In this document: positions 1 to 11,210 of the stretch, piece by piece
Layout of the letters: every line of letters starts with the position of its first letter
Numbering within the stretch: position 1 is the first letter of the stretch
NCBI GenBank assembly: GCA_023920165.1
Contig: CP089279.1
Location: 186,001 to 250,000 of the forward strand
DNA: 64,000 nucleotides
Direction of reading: 5' to 3'
DNA from: Curvularia clavata
Lineage: Eukaryota
Position numbers and translations under genes: made by a program
Notes under the pieces: generated by a model
What the model was told of the DNA's origin: nothing
Database searches by the model: none
Seen by the model: only the letters and a program-made list of their open reading frames with translations

Positions 1-556
1 AACTGTTTCGAGTTACCCCGCTATCTGGAAGACAAACGGCTTTGGAAAGACCACGACTATGTTCACTATGTATCGCCTACTTTGCTCATTCACTAGAGAT
101 ACATGCAAAGCTTGGACCGTGAAAGGCACTCGTCTCCCACGCGAAACCAGCAACAATAGCTCATCTTCATAGTATACAAATGTGCCAATCTCATCACCTT
201 GGTTAGTTTCTAATACTAATTGCGGAAGCTCTCCGAATACCCCAATTGGCTATCATCTGGGAGGTTCACAAAAGTGTCCCCTAGGGTGTGGTCAAATATT
301 TTTAGACGTATCTCGCACACAGTGCTGAGCATTGCCGTCGGTATACAGACTGCGTTTCACGTGCTGTTGATGCAATATCTCACGTTTGAATGCATAGAGA
401 CTACAGAAGCTCTAGTATCTTACTTCTAGCAACTCAATCATCGGTGGGTTTTCCCAATGGCCAGATTCTGAGTGTCTGGAATAGCTAAACTTTTAGCTGA
501 GTTAATGTATAGCTATCTTCTTTGTAGATACCACTGAAAATCGACTATATATCGTA

Positions 557-2987
557 TTAAATGCCTCTAATACCTGCTAGACAATTGACAACTCTTGAAG
601 AAAACATGCTATGAGCGCTGAAGTCATCTAAATTAGCAGTGATGTCTTCAAAGGTAAGACATGCAACAATGCTATCTACGAAGCTCTGTCCACAGACATG
701 TGGTCCCTCCACCCGCAGTCTCTCTAGAAGCTCATCTCTGATCTTTGTGGGAATCAAAGTTCTGCTAGGGCTGGACTTCAACTCAGGGAACCCTGTTATC
801 GGTTTCCAATATGCCAGCTCCAATAATATAATTCCCTTAGTGGAAGTGAGTCAGATTCCATATGCATCGAAGATAGTTTTATACTTACAAGCGAGTAAAT
901 ATCATGCGATTTCTTGAACTTGATAAGCGGTTTGCCCCATCGCTCAGGGTGCCTATATGCATTGTTGGTCAGAGAATGATCCTCTTGCAAAAGTGTACCA
1001 TCGATCTCGGGACGTGAGTATTCAAAGCCAAACAGCCACGGTTGACCCAACAAGATAGTCGCATTCGCGTCCGTATCGACCGGAAGAAAAACAATGTTGT
1101 CACTCTTCAATGATTTGTGCACCCATCCGACTTTGTGGAAACTCTCCAGCGCCTTTGCAAGGCTGGCCGCCAATTTGATACGCGCTCCCAGTGCAACTCT
1201 CTTCTGCTTAGACATGTATTTTGAAAGCATCAATGGCGCGCCGGGTTTTCGGTTTGGAGTTTGAGAACTGTTCATATGTGAGACTTGTGTGTCGAAAGAG
1301 TCCCAGGGCCCACCCGCAACCTCAAAGATGAGTGATAGTGTCTTGCCGGACAAATCATGTGTGTATCCTAAGCAGGGGAGAATGTGAAAAGTTTCTTGCT
1401 TGGGATGGCATAGCTGTGCTACCATCTTCCTGAATTGCATCATCATGGGAAGTGGGGCCTCGTTCGAGGTACCTTCGGTAAGGTGTTGATAGTTGAATAT
1501 CTCAGCAACTATCGGGCGTCCCTCGATGCTTCCTGTACGTAATCGAGACTGTCCATCACCTTTCCCGCGTTTATCCCAAGTCATAAGCCTACGCGGAATA
1601 TCGAGTCGATCAGGTATTGACGCCGAGCTTAGAAGCCGCTGGCGTAAACTGATGGCTTGATCAACTTCACAAGCTGCGACGACTGAGTCGTCTTGAGCTT
1701 TCGTGAGATCCATGTTGGAATGCAGTAAGATGCCCTTCTCGACACTTTCGGAAACATCGGCCACTTTGCTATTCAAACTCCGCAAGGTTGTGGCTTTGAG
1801 ATCCCCAGCTATATTCGCTCGCGCTACTTCTGTCTGCGTCAATATTTTGGTCGTTTTCATGGCGTCGGCCAACTTTGATACCCTATCGATAATCTCAGAC
1901 TGAGCAGAAAGGGAAAGCTCTCCTAGTATGGAGCCCTGCAATGGATTGTGTTTCTCATTCAGTCCTTCGAGAAATCGTGCTCGCAGTATTAGCGCCTCAA
2001 TGTTCACATCACTGACGGTGTTTGGTGGATAACTCTTAAGCCAATCTGCTAGTTGGTGTGCTGTTGGGTCTTCTGAAAATGACACGGAAAGGAGAGCAAA
2101 TGATGAGGCGGCTGGCCTTTTTTGTGCGAAGCCCGGAGCAACCTTCGCTGCTAAAGGTGCCAACCTGATTGTAGGTAGGTCTCGCTTCGCCAATGTAAAA
2201 TATTGCGGTGATTCTAACAAACCATTAGTAGTCAGAGATTTGGTGACAGGAAATGGGACTACTTACCAGTAAGTGCTGGCTGGGTTGAAACACTCCAGAG
2301 ATGCGTTTGTAGCCAGCGGATCGGTACGTCTTTACCCGCATCAATCTGCCTTTTTAACTCTCTAATGAGGATTGAAGTGAACGACCGTCGCCCTGGCTTT
2401 GGTACTCTCGATCCAGAGCTCGATGCAGCCAGGATCTCGAATTGCCCGTTCTCGAATTTTTGGTATATCTTGGTCGCAGCATAACAGCAGTCCAAGAGTA
2501 CAAGTACATCGCTGTGAGCGTTTCCAAGCTGCAATTGAAGAGGGAACCATTCCACAGTCGGGCCACCCTCTAGGTTTCTGTGTGACACGATTATGGATAT
2601 GAATGGATTAGGATATTGACGAACTCACGCTGTCCAAACTGGATACCCGGCCGCATCGATCACGGTGTTGTCTCCATGCCCTCCATAATACACAATAATC
2701 AAGTCACGTTCGCCTGAGGCAAATTCTTTAACGAAGGAAGTTAGCCTATCCGCTAACTCAGCCGCCGAATTAATGCTCGGTATGTGGTATCGCTGGGTGC
2801 TGTATCCCAGGTGCTGCTCAAGTAGCACGTTCAGCCGGTCAATCTCAGAGGCCACTCCCAATTCGTCATCAGCCCACGAGATCAGAATTGCAGTAACCCT
2901 TTCGTATTGACGTTTTTGAGTGGACCAGAATCCGCGTGTCCGTTGCTGAAAGTCATTGATGATTTGCTCGTCCGAGACGTCGCCCAT
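557..2987 (-). CDS. Caspase-like (peptidase C14/CHAT-fold) domain fused to a C-terminal kinase-like (pseudokinase) domain; 4 exons, ~760 aa
   Basis: ATG at 2987. ORF-track pieces 2625-3002, 2259-2588, 796-2220 and 557-823 join in frame through three GT..AG introns. N-terminal motifs LIIVYYGGHG and VLVLLDCCYA give the caspase His-Gly/Cys dyad. C-terminal WVHKSLKSDNIVF, LFGFEYSR, AYRHPER and DIYSL|GIILLE are typical of the fungal kinase-like domain. Confidence 0.85.
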
Positions 2988-3728
2988 GGCGGCGTCGTTC
3001 AATAGCCCTCACAATTTGTTGACGCTGATGTCTCTCGAGGCGGTATGTTATGGTAAGTGGAGCTGTTTGTTCTGAGCTGGCATGCGTTGTTGAGTGACAC
3101 AAAGTGCGGGGGAGTGCATGTAACACGACAATGAGGCAATCACATTCTACAAGCCACCCACGTGATCTCAGCGGTCATTGATAAGGCACGCAGCCCTATC
3201 TTCGGACCTTTTGATTTATTGAGACGCTCTCAAGTACGAATATTGATATCAGAGGTGAAGCCAAATGGCGTCCAAGAAAGAAAAGCCCGGGCGTACAAAT
3301 CCGCCTGGGAATGATGAGAGTAGCGACGAAGAGGATACCACGGTTTGAGAATCACACGGTAATCGCTTTTTCTAAAACACACTAAGACGCCTAGTTTCAC
3401 CCATCTGCTCCCGGGGACTTCCGTGGAAAGGTTACAAAGTATCCTACCGCTGCACTCGTAAGCTGAATCGGTTATTTGACTCTTGCTGCATGAGATTCCT
3501 GACGCGTCTAGGAGTACCCCGCCCCTCCAGCATACAACGTGGGCGAAGAAGTCTTCCTCCTCATCCCCGGGCAGGCACAACCAGCAGGCCCCTACGAAGT
3601 TATGCAATCTCTGGAGGGAAAGCGATACCGCATCAAGGCTAAAGGAACTGGTCAGGAACACCATTCGCTCGTGAGAGAAAGTGACCTAGTGTACAAGGTT
3701 CAGACTTGATTCCGAGGATCTTCTGAAT

Positions 3729-6700
3729 TCACGTCGAGTAGCCATCGAACAGTAACGTCATCATTTCCTGGACGTAGTCGTAAACGTCAGAAGAAACAAT
3801 CAAATAGTCTTGTCTCGTCCTCCGGTAGAACTCTGTCAAGCAATCAAAGGCCGTGCGCCCCTCATTGTCTTTGACGTTGCGATCTGCACCAAGCTCAAGT
3901 AGAGCTTCAACCGCCTTTGGTGCCCCGCAAATGGTGGCCACATGGAGGGCAGTGCCTAGTTGTGGGCTCACTGCATTGAGGAGTGAGGTCTGGTGCTCAA
4001 ATGCGCGGTACCAGGTGTCAGATTGAGGGCCCTCTAGCAAGGACACCAGAAAGGACTCTTCCTGAGGTAGCAACACGAGAGCTTCCATGTGTTCGAGTAT
4101 CGGTTTCTGGGTCCGAAATGTCATCTCTATAGCCCGCGCACTAACAGCGAGATGCAATAAAGTCGGTGCCGGGGCGTCACTGCTACTTCCAAGCCATGGG
4201 TCTCCTCCATGGTCGAGCATCTGTAACCAGTCAATCATCGGATTTCAGAAAGTAGAATGCTAATATCCTACCCAGGCGAGAAGGTCCCCTCGTTTAGCTT
4301 TTACAAGTAAACCCAGCGGGTTATAATAGAGGCATTCGGTGTCCAAGACCGCCTCAGAAGGTGGCATGTTCACGTCAGCGCCCTTCTGCACTAGAAGTTG
4401 AACGCATTCATCAGAGGCCCATTCGCATGCGATATGCAATGCGGTTTTGCCCATTCCATTACTAACGTCAATGCTGATGTCCGGATGCGCGAGGATAGTC
4501 TCGACGATTGCTAATGCGTCCTTCTTTGCACTTTCGTGAAGAATGGTCTGCCCGTTTGTTTGCACAATTTTGTGGCCCGGTATGTCTGCCCACGGAAGTT
4601 TTGGATGTTGGTAGAGCATCTTGAAGGCCGTGTGATTGAGGTGATCATTCATAGATGAATGTATCGCACTGAACAGAACGTCAACGGTGATCGGTTTTTC
4701 CATAGAAATGGTCTTTTCTAGCAGACATGCGAGCAAATCTGCATCAGTCCTGGGGTTTGCTGCGGCGAGACCTAGAGGTGTATAGCTGATTCTGTAGGCC
4801 TGTAGGTTTTTGTAAGCGTTCTCATCTTCTTCGTCAATCAAGGCACCATGTGATAGCAGCAGATCAATTGTAGAATTGATGGCACCAATGTATCCCGAAC
4901 CATGTATCATCCACTACGCATGTTCGATTAGTCTGTGGTTCTCGAGAAGCTTGGTAGGGGAGGAATCAGCATACCTTAGTGTGAATGGAAGCACAGAAGG
5001 CTAGACCGAGTTGATGCAGCGGAGACGACCTGCTGAACCAGTGCTTCTCAGCACTGGCACCGTACCTGATAAGAAGCTCACATATCTCAGGGAGACAGAG
5101 TGACGCCGCCAGATCCAAACTGCTAATCCAAGGACAGCGGCAATTTGGATCTGCGCCCAGCTCTAAGAGAGTCTCAACAGCAGTGAAGTTACGTATTCCT
5201 ACTGCAAAGTGAAGTGGAGTTCCAGAAAGCGAGACACCATACCAAGAGGTCCACCAGTGGAAATTCGATCTCGTCCGTGCCATTATGGAACCTCCGGCTT
5301 CCAGAAGCCGACTCGCTATCCTCGGTATTTCTTCACGTGGGAAAATAGCAAGCAGATGCAAAGGGGATGTTCCTGAATCATCAGTGAGTGATGCCTTCGC
5401 CCCGTTATCCAGCAGGAGTAATGTCATTTCCACACTTCCTATAGAGCATGCTTCGAATAAAGCAGTGCGGTCCTCATCATCTGTCGAGTTCACATCGTAA
5501 CCTTGATTTAGAAGAGCTTCCGCAAGTCGTATATTGTTCGTCGATGCAGCGAAGTGAAGTGGGCCTTGTAGATATGTGCCTCTTGTTGCAAGAACCTGGA
5601 GATTATCTGGCACAGATGCGCAATTATCTTCAACAGCTTCATGGACGTCCATATAGGAGAAATCCCGAGTATTGGACGAAACTTTTAGACTTTGAATCGA
5701 TTGAATACGCTTTGCTACAGCGGCGAGCTGGTATTCGCGAATCGCCTCTGAGAATGAATATGCGCCAATTTTGGGTTCGGAATCGTGAGCCGTTGCAGAT
5801 CGCAGTCGACTGACAATCATTTCCTTTGGCGCAGAGTTACGCAACTGAAGGAAGGGCTCATAGGCTGATTCGGGCGCAAACTTGACCCCATATCCATATG
5901 CGTAGCAGCTGGAAAGATCGAATAAGCGGGGCGATCCGTCGCTTTCTGGTGCGGAGTGGCAATATTCTACAACTGATTTCCCGAAAATAAGTGGATAAGA
6001 GATCTCGACATCATCAACTGGTTGCAGGATCGAGCGCAGCCCATCAAAGACAGCTCTTTTTGTCGACCACGGACAGATTACTGATATGACCTGGATTTGA
6101 TCAAACCAGACTCATTGGTGGATCAATATTACTTACACTTTCGATATTCCAGGCCAAGTATTGATCTTTCGCACTTCTGGAAAAAGTTGGTTCGAAGTTG
6201 GCTATCGGATGGTCGTAGTACCTGGATCGGTTACCTACATGTAATATCATGAAGAAGGTTCAATATACTCCCTAATGTCCAGCAGCTTTGATGCTGTTCG
6301 CATAGAATATCGCCTATGTGTGTCACTGTCTAGACAACCTTTGACAAGCTCTAAGAAGACAGTGCGCAACTCTTCAGGGATCCTTGGAGTCGTCTCTTGA
6401 ACCATGACATTTTCAATTAACTCACACAATTTCTCCGTGAGATAGTTCGGCGATTGCGAGACCAGAAAGGGTATTCGTCGGGGAGGGTCCGAAAATTCGG
6501 CAGATAGCCATTCATCTTGGAAGTAGTTGACCTTCGAGCTAATGATGCAACAAGCTGTTAGGCCGAAGCTCCACACGTCGCACTTTGGCCAATCTTCACG
6601 TTTCAGGGTCTTAGACGCACTATCACCGTACAGGGTCGCGAGCACTTCTGGTGCGCTGAACAGCGGTGTTCCAACGTACGATTCGTAGCCATTGTTCTCT

Positions 6701-7356
6701 AAGCGGAAGCTGGAGTGACCGAAATCTGTCAGGCGCGCAGTGATGACAGATTCTGGGTCGTTTTGCACACTTGAAGAATTGATAACCAAAATATTCTGCG
6801 GTTTCACATCACCATGAACGATTCCTTCGCTGTGAAGAGCTTCAAGGCCTCGTGCGATTTCTTGGCAAAGACGATGTCGGAGCGTCCAGCCGTCAGTTTG
6901 ATGCGAGATGAATACCAATATGAAGTTGTCCAGTGTTCCATAAAAGGCGTTCTGAACAAGTAGGGATGGTACTTGGTCGAACGGGAACCAAATGTATGCC
7001 TCAATCCCCACAATAGGGGCACTCTCTCGAAGGGGCTCATAAGCCATTATTTGTATCTCGCGGAGTGTCGTTGTTGCGACGCCCTTTTGATTCTGATGTC
7101 CTCGATACTTTGGCATCTTGATCGCTAAAGAACGGCCATGGCGACCTATACTCTCGCAGTTGTAGACGGAAAAAGACGTCCCTTCCCCAAGAAAATCACA
7201 AACAGCTAGCTCCTGAACGTATGGGAGCCCCGCCTGGGACAGCCCAGTCAGCATTCCGACGCTGGTTTCCCACTCTATGTCCCTGTCGCCGTCCGTTTCG
7301 ATTCCGTCGTTTTCGCTGCTACAAAAGAAGCTCCAAAGCGCGGTTCTTGAATCCAT
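3729..7356 (-). CDS. Protein kinase + SEL1-like repeat + ankyrin repeat protein (multi-exon, ~1100 aa)
   Basis: First ATG at 7356. Kinase motifs GEGTSFSVY, LAIK, HGDVKPQN, DFG, APE, DVWSFG. After introns near 6.1-6.27 kb the frame reads LFDLSSCYAYGYGVKF (SEL1-like), then many ankyrin motifs (GPLHFAA, RTALFEAC, SPLHLLA, GTPLHFAV, GKTALHIAC, GTALHVA). Introns at ~4914-4974 and 4221-4271 keep the frame. Confidence 0.85.
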
Positions 7357-7629
7357 ACTGATGTGTATGCAGAATTTTAACGGTGACGTGCAGTTGTAGT
7401 TTGATGATGCGTTCAGCCTCGTGGCTGCAGAAACTATGATTTCTTTCGTTTCCCATGCGCTGTCAGCAGCTGCTCGGTCCAATCCCGATTGGGTGGTGGT
7501 TCACTCTGATAGGCTGTGATTCCGGTGAGCATTGATTTTGTGCCCCACCTCGCAGCTGAGGTTTCAAAATACCATCGACCCCAGAAAATCACGGTTTCAT
7601 TCTCCGTCTACACTCTAAGGTAACCAAAT

Positions 7630-8768
7630 ATGGCACGATTACCCCATCCATCTGGATTCACGGCTCGAACTACATCGAATCTCTCACATGCCTACCCACA
7701 GAACTTTACGAACAACCCTGAAAAAGGTGAGCAGGCTGAAGGCTTCCAGGCAGATGAAAAGTTCACAATGCAAAGTGGAAGACAGGCGAAACGGCTATCC
7801 CCGACTTGCAGCTTTCATCAACAGCGACCTCGACTTTGTAGTTTTCCGTCGTTTTGGACATTTGCACGTGCGCTATCTCCTATTTCTACAGGATGAGATT
7901 GCGGAGATGGAGCAAAAACTTCATACCCTCGATATGATAGAACCCTGCTCATTCAATCTCAATACTCGACGCCATGATGGGAATCAGGAACGTTGTAGGA
8001 TACTGAAAACCTTGGGTGAAAAGCTATTCGACTACGGTACGTTTGCTCGCCAATGTATGGGCGTATTGGAAAACTCGTGCATTTTCCATGTCACTCCCAC
8101 TTAATATCTGATAGAAAAACTCAATTCATTTCGAATTTAGATAAGCTCTTGGAAATGTACTACAAGCATGTCGAGCGCGGTCCCTCAGACCCAAAAAATG
8201 TCCAAAGCGTGGCAAACTGGATGCAAGGCAACAAACCTCTGACAGCCGAGGAATCTACATTTCTCAACTCATGGGACGATCTCGTATCTCCGTCGGAGCA
8301 CGCCGATCACGGCGGCTTGAATGTGCTGCTCAAGCGGCTCTCACACAAGGTCTACGGATGGGCTTCTACCAAAGTAAGCTAAACCCATTTCATTGACAAG
8401 ATTTGAAAAAAAAAATCGCTTAGCCCATTCAAGAAGCAAACGTCCATATCTCGCGATCCTCATGTCATTGCGGTTGACGTGTCTCTCATACTGTCCACTG
8501 CACGGGCCCTGACTACCATCCTGGCTGTCGTGATCTTGACTATTCCGATAGCAGTTTTGTACAATGTGAAGAGCATGAGTTCTAGACTTTGGATCATTGG
8601 AATCTCAACCTGCGCTTTCTCTTCATGCCTTTGTATTTTCACCCACTCTCGAAACGCCGAGATATTCTCGGCGACGGCCGCGTAAGTCGGTACCCACTCA
8701 TTGTGGACCGTGCTGATAAGGATTCAAGATACTGTGCAGTGCTAGTCGTTTTTGTTGGCAATATCTAA
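7630..8768 (+). CDS. DUF6594-type membrane protein (C-terminal ~3 hydrophobic helices)
   Basis: GYPRLAAFINSDLDFVVFRRFGHLHVRYLLFLQDEIAEMEQKL, then hydrophobic helices ending EIFSATAA|YCAVLVVFVGNI* (TAA 8766-8768). These match the N- and C-terminal signatures I recall for fungal DUF6594. The start (7630 vs 7688) and some acceptor sites are uncertain. Confidence 0.8.
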
Positions 8769-8930
8769 CAGGATAAGATCACCTGTTGTTTGCCTCCAGC
8801 TCTAATACTCCCATAGTAGATGTCCTCATACACATTTGCCGGTCTGGCAGAAACTACCTGGCATTGAGCTATTCGATAGTACAAAACATTACATAATTTC
8901 GTTATTCATCTTCAGTCGTAGCAGAGGATT

Positions 8931-10397
8931 TTATACCTCGATTCGCAGGTGTCGAAACCCTCGAGTCATGGTTTCGTCCTCCCACTCACTATCGTACATG
9001 TATAAAGATATCAAGCCCTGACTTCCTCTATGTACCTCGGGAGGCTGGCTTGGATAAGGTATAGCATTGTTGAGTATTCCCAACTCAACATCATCAGTCG
9101 TATCGCGTCCATGACTCCAGTTTGTATCCCCAGAGGTCTTTGGATTATCCAGCGTATCTTTATCCATTTCTTCGCGAACTTGTACACCGCCCATGTTATC
9201 GACGGAGAATTGGGTTGCTTGTGAGTAGTATCCGTGGTTCGCGAAGGAATTCTTCCACAAGGCCAACTTTGATTTAGATTTTCCTGAGGGGGTGCTATTC
9301 GTTTGGCTGGCCGTCTGCGATGACTTTGCTTGCGACGACTTTGCTTGCGACGATTTGGCTCGGGAAGAATCTTGGCCCTTGGACAATATGGATTTGACAT
9401 CGAAATAGCGCTTCGCAAAGGCCTTGAAAGCTGGCGCATTTGCACATATGACGCCGATATGGAACTCGAGGAGGGTCCAGTTCCAAATCTCCCAGAGTTG
9501 CCACGAAACATCGTACGTCTCAAAGAAAAGAACGTAAGTGGCATAGGTTCGCAAAGCCCCAAATGCAGCTGCTACATAAGCAGTGGCAAATATTGCCATG
9601 AGGGCTACTTTTTGTCGAAGTGGGATTTGAGCTTTCCAATAGATGAAATTTGGTAGTAGAGCGCAGATTACGTCTTGAAGCGTAGAGATGACGCCGGCAG
9701 CTGCCATGGCAGCGCCCTCGTTATTGCAGTTGAATTTTTTCCCCAGCGCTATGTTTATGACACTGGACTGCTCCCAGTAAGCAGAGATAGGTCTGCATCC
9801 AACAAGCGGACTTATAAAGAAAGCGACGGTGGACGCAATCTGGAACCCAATTGCAGTCCAGGTGACGATTCTGAAAGTTTTTGACGTGCCGCGCGATCCC
9901 AGGCGACGGAAGAAGAGCAGAATGGAAACTTTGACAAGGCCTGTGCCGACGACGAATAGCATCTCTATGGTCAGGATGAGCTTTCTTTGAACCACAAACA
10001 AGGTGACATCAACGTCCCATATATGGACGCCGCTGTGATATCTGTCTGCAGCTACGAGAAGTCAGCTGTGAAGTGGAATGGAAATGTCGCATCATCTTAC
10101 TCCATGGGACAAGAATAGCCAAAGTCATGATGATTGGCTGCAGACAGTAAGTGGATGAAGCATTCCAAGTGGTAATAGGTAACTTACAAGAGCAATTACC
10201 ATGAGCCAGTCATCCCAACCAGCATTGCGCTGCATTCTGAACCGAGCCCACAGCCTTGCGAAGATGACAAAAAAGGTAATGGGGGTTAGAACGAAAGCGA
10301 GGTTAGACGTCACTCTTCCTCTTCCCTCTGGATTAACATAGTTTGGAGCCGGCCATGAAGCGATGACGCTCAGTGGGGGGCTGGGGCCACCAGGCAT
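8931..10397 (-). CDS. PTH11-like (fungal rhodopsin-domain) 7TM integral membrane protein, no CFEM domain seen
   Basis: MPGG..SWPAPNYVNPEGRG, GWDDWLM, KVSILLFFRR, CRPISAYW, D..CALLP, W...E..IGVICANAP: typical of the PTH11-like family. Confidence 0.85.
9316..9360. repeat. 3 x 15-bp tandem repeat in the receptor tail (encodes AKSSQ x3)
   Basis: tgcgatgactttgct / tgcgacgactttgct / tgcgacgatttggct. Confidence 0.9.
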
Positions 10398-11190
10398 ATT
10401 GATGAACTGTCAAGCAAGCAAACAAATTGAGAGTGTAGGCTACATTTGGATTGTGTGCCGCGGAGCACCGAGTTATTATGTATTGTGTTTTTTGTATGCT
10501 TCAGCTGCTTATTTCCGTTCTTCTCAGCAAAACTAGCGTGTGATGGGAGTTGCAAGGCCGCCACTAGAGACACTGGGTTAGCGGGTGCATGCAAGCATAC
10601 TTTCAACGGCTCTCGCGCTTGGCTGGCGCCAGTACGTGTATGGCAGCCTCGGCTATGCCGTGCTTCATTTCGTTTTCACAAACATTAACGGGGAGGAGGA
10701 GCAGACTTTTGTCGATCATGGTTCAATTCAGTGGGGAGATTTGACGGAACGTGTGCATGAATCGACAGCCGAGTTGATACCAAACCAACATAGGCACGCC
10801 ATAGTTGCCGTACACGGTGCTTTTACCGCTTTTGCAATGGGAGTCCGAGCGCCATGTCTGTGACGGGCGTGCCTCGAGACCGCAGGCATGCTCTGTGATT
10901 ACTAGCAGACGGTTTGAACACGCAATCACGAGGTTGGTCCAAGTGGAACCCAGGAACCAGGGACAGCTCACGCGGCAACGATCGAGGTCTGGCTCGGGCC
11001 AACGTTCGGCCACTGGCGTCATCTTAGTGCCCGCTACCACGTGCAAGGCCCGTGCCCACCGTTCTCTGCCTTGCACCACCAGCCTGCATAACTCCTTGTA
11101 TGGAAATGTGCTGTGCCTGGCTACTTGTGTACCTGGCAGCCCCCTTGGTCGGTCGCGGTTGCAATGGGATGCGCCTCGTGCTGGCGATAC

Positions 11191-11210
11191 GTAGGTAGGT
11201 AGGTAGGTAG
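11191..11210. repeat. (GTAG)5 microsatellite
   Basis: gtaggtaggtaggtaggtag read directly. Confidence 0.9.

Noticed and set aside
3230..3674. Short ORFs between the caspase-pseudokinase and kinase-ankyrin genes
   Set aside because: No motifs and overlapping frames on both strands; most likely 3'UTR or promoter sequence. No amyloid-signalling repeat was recognised.
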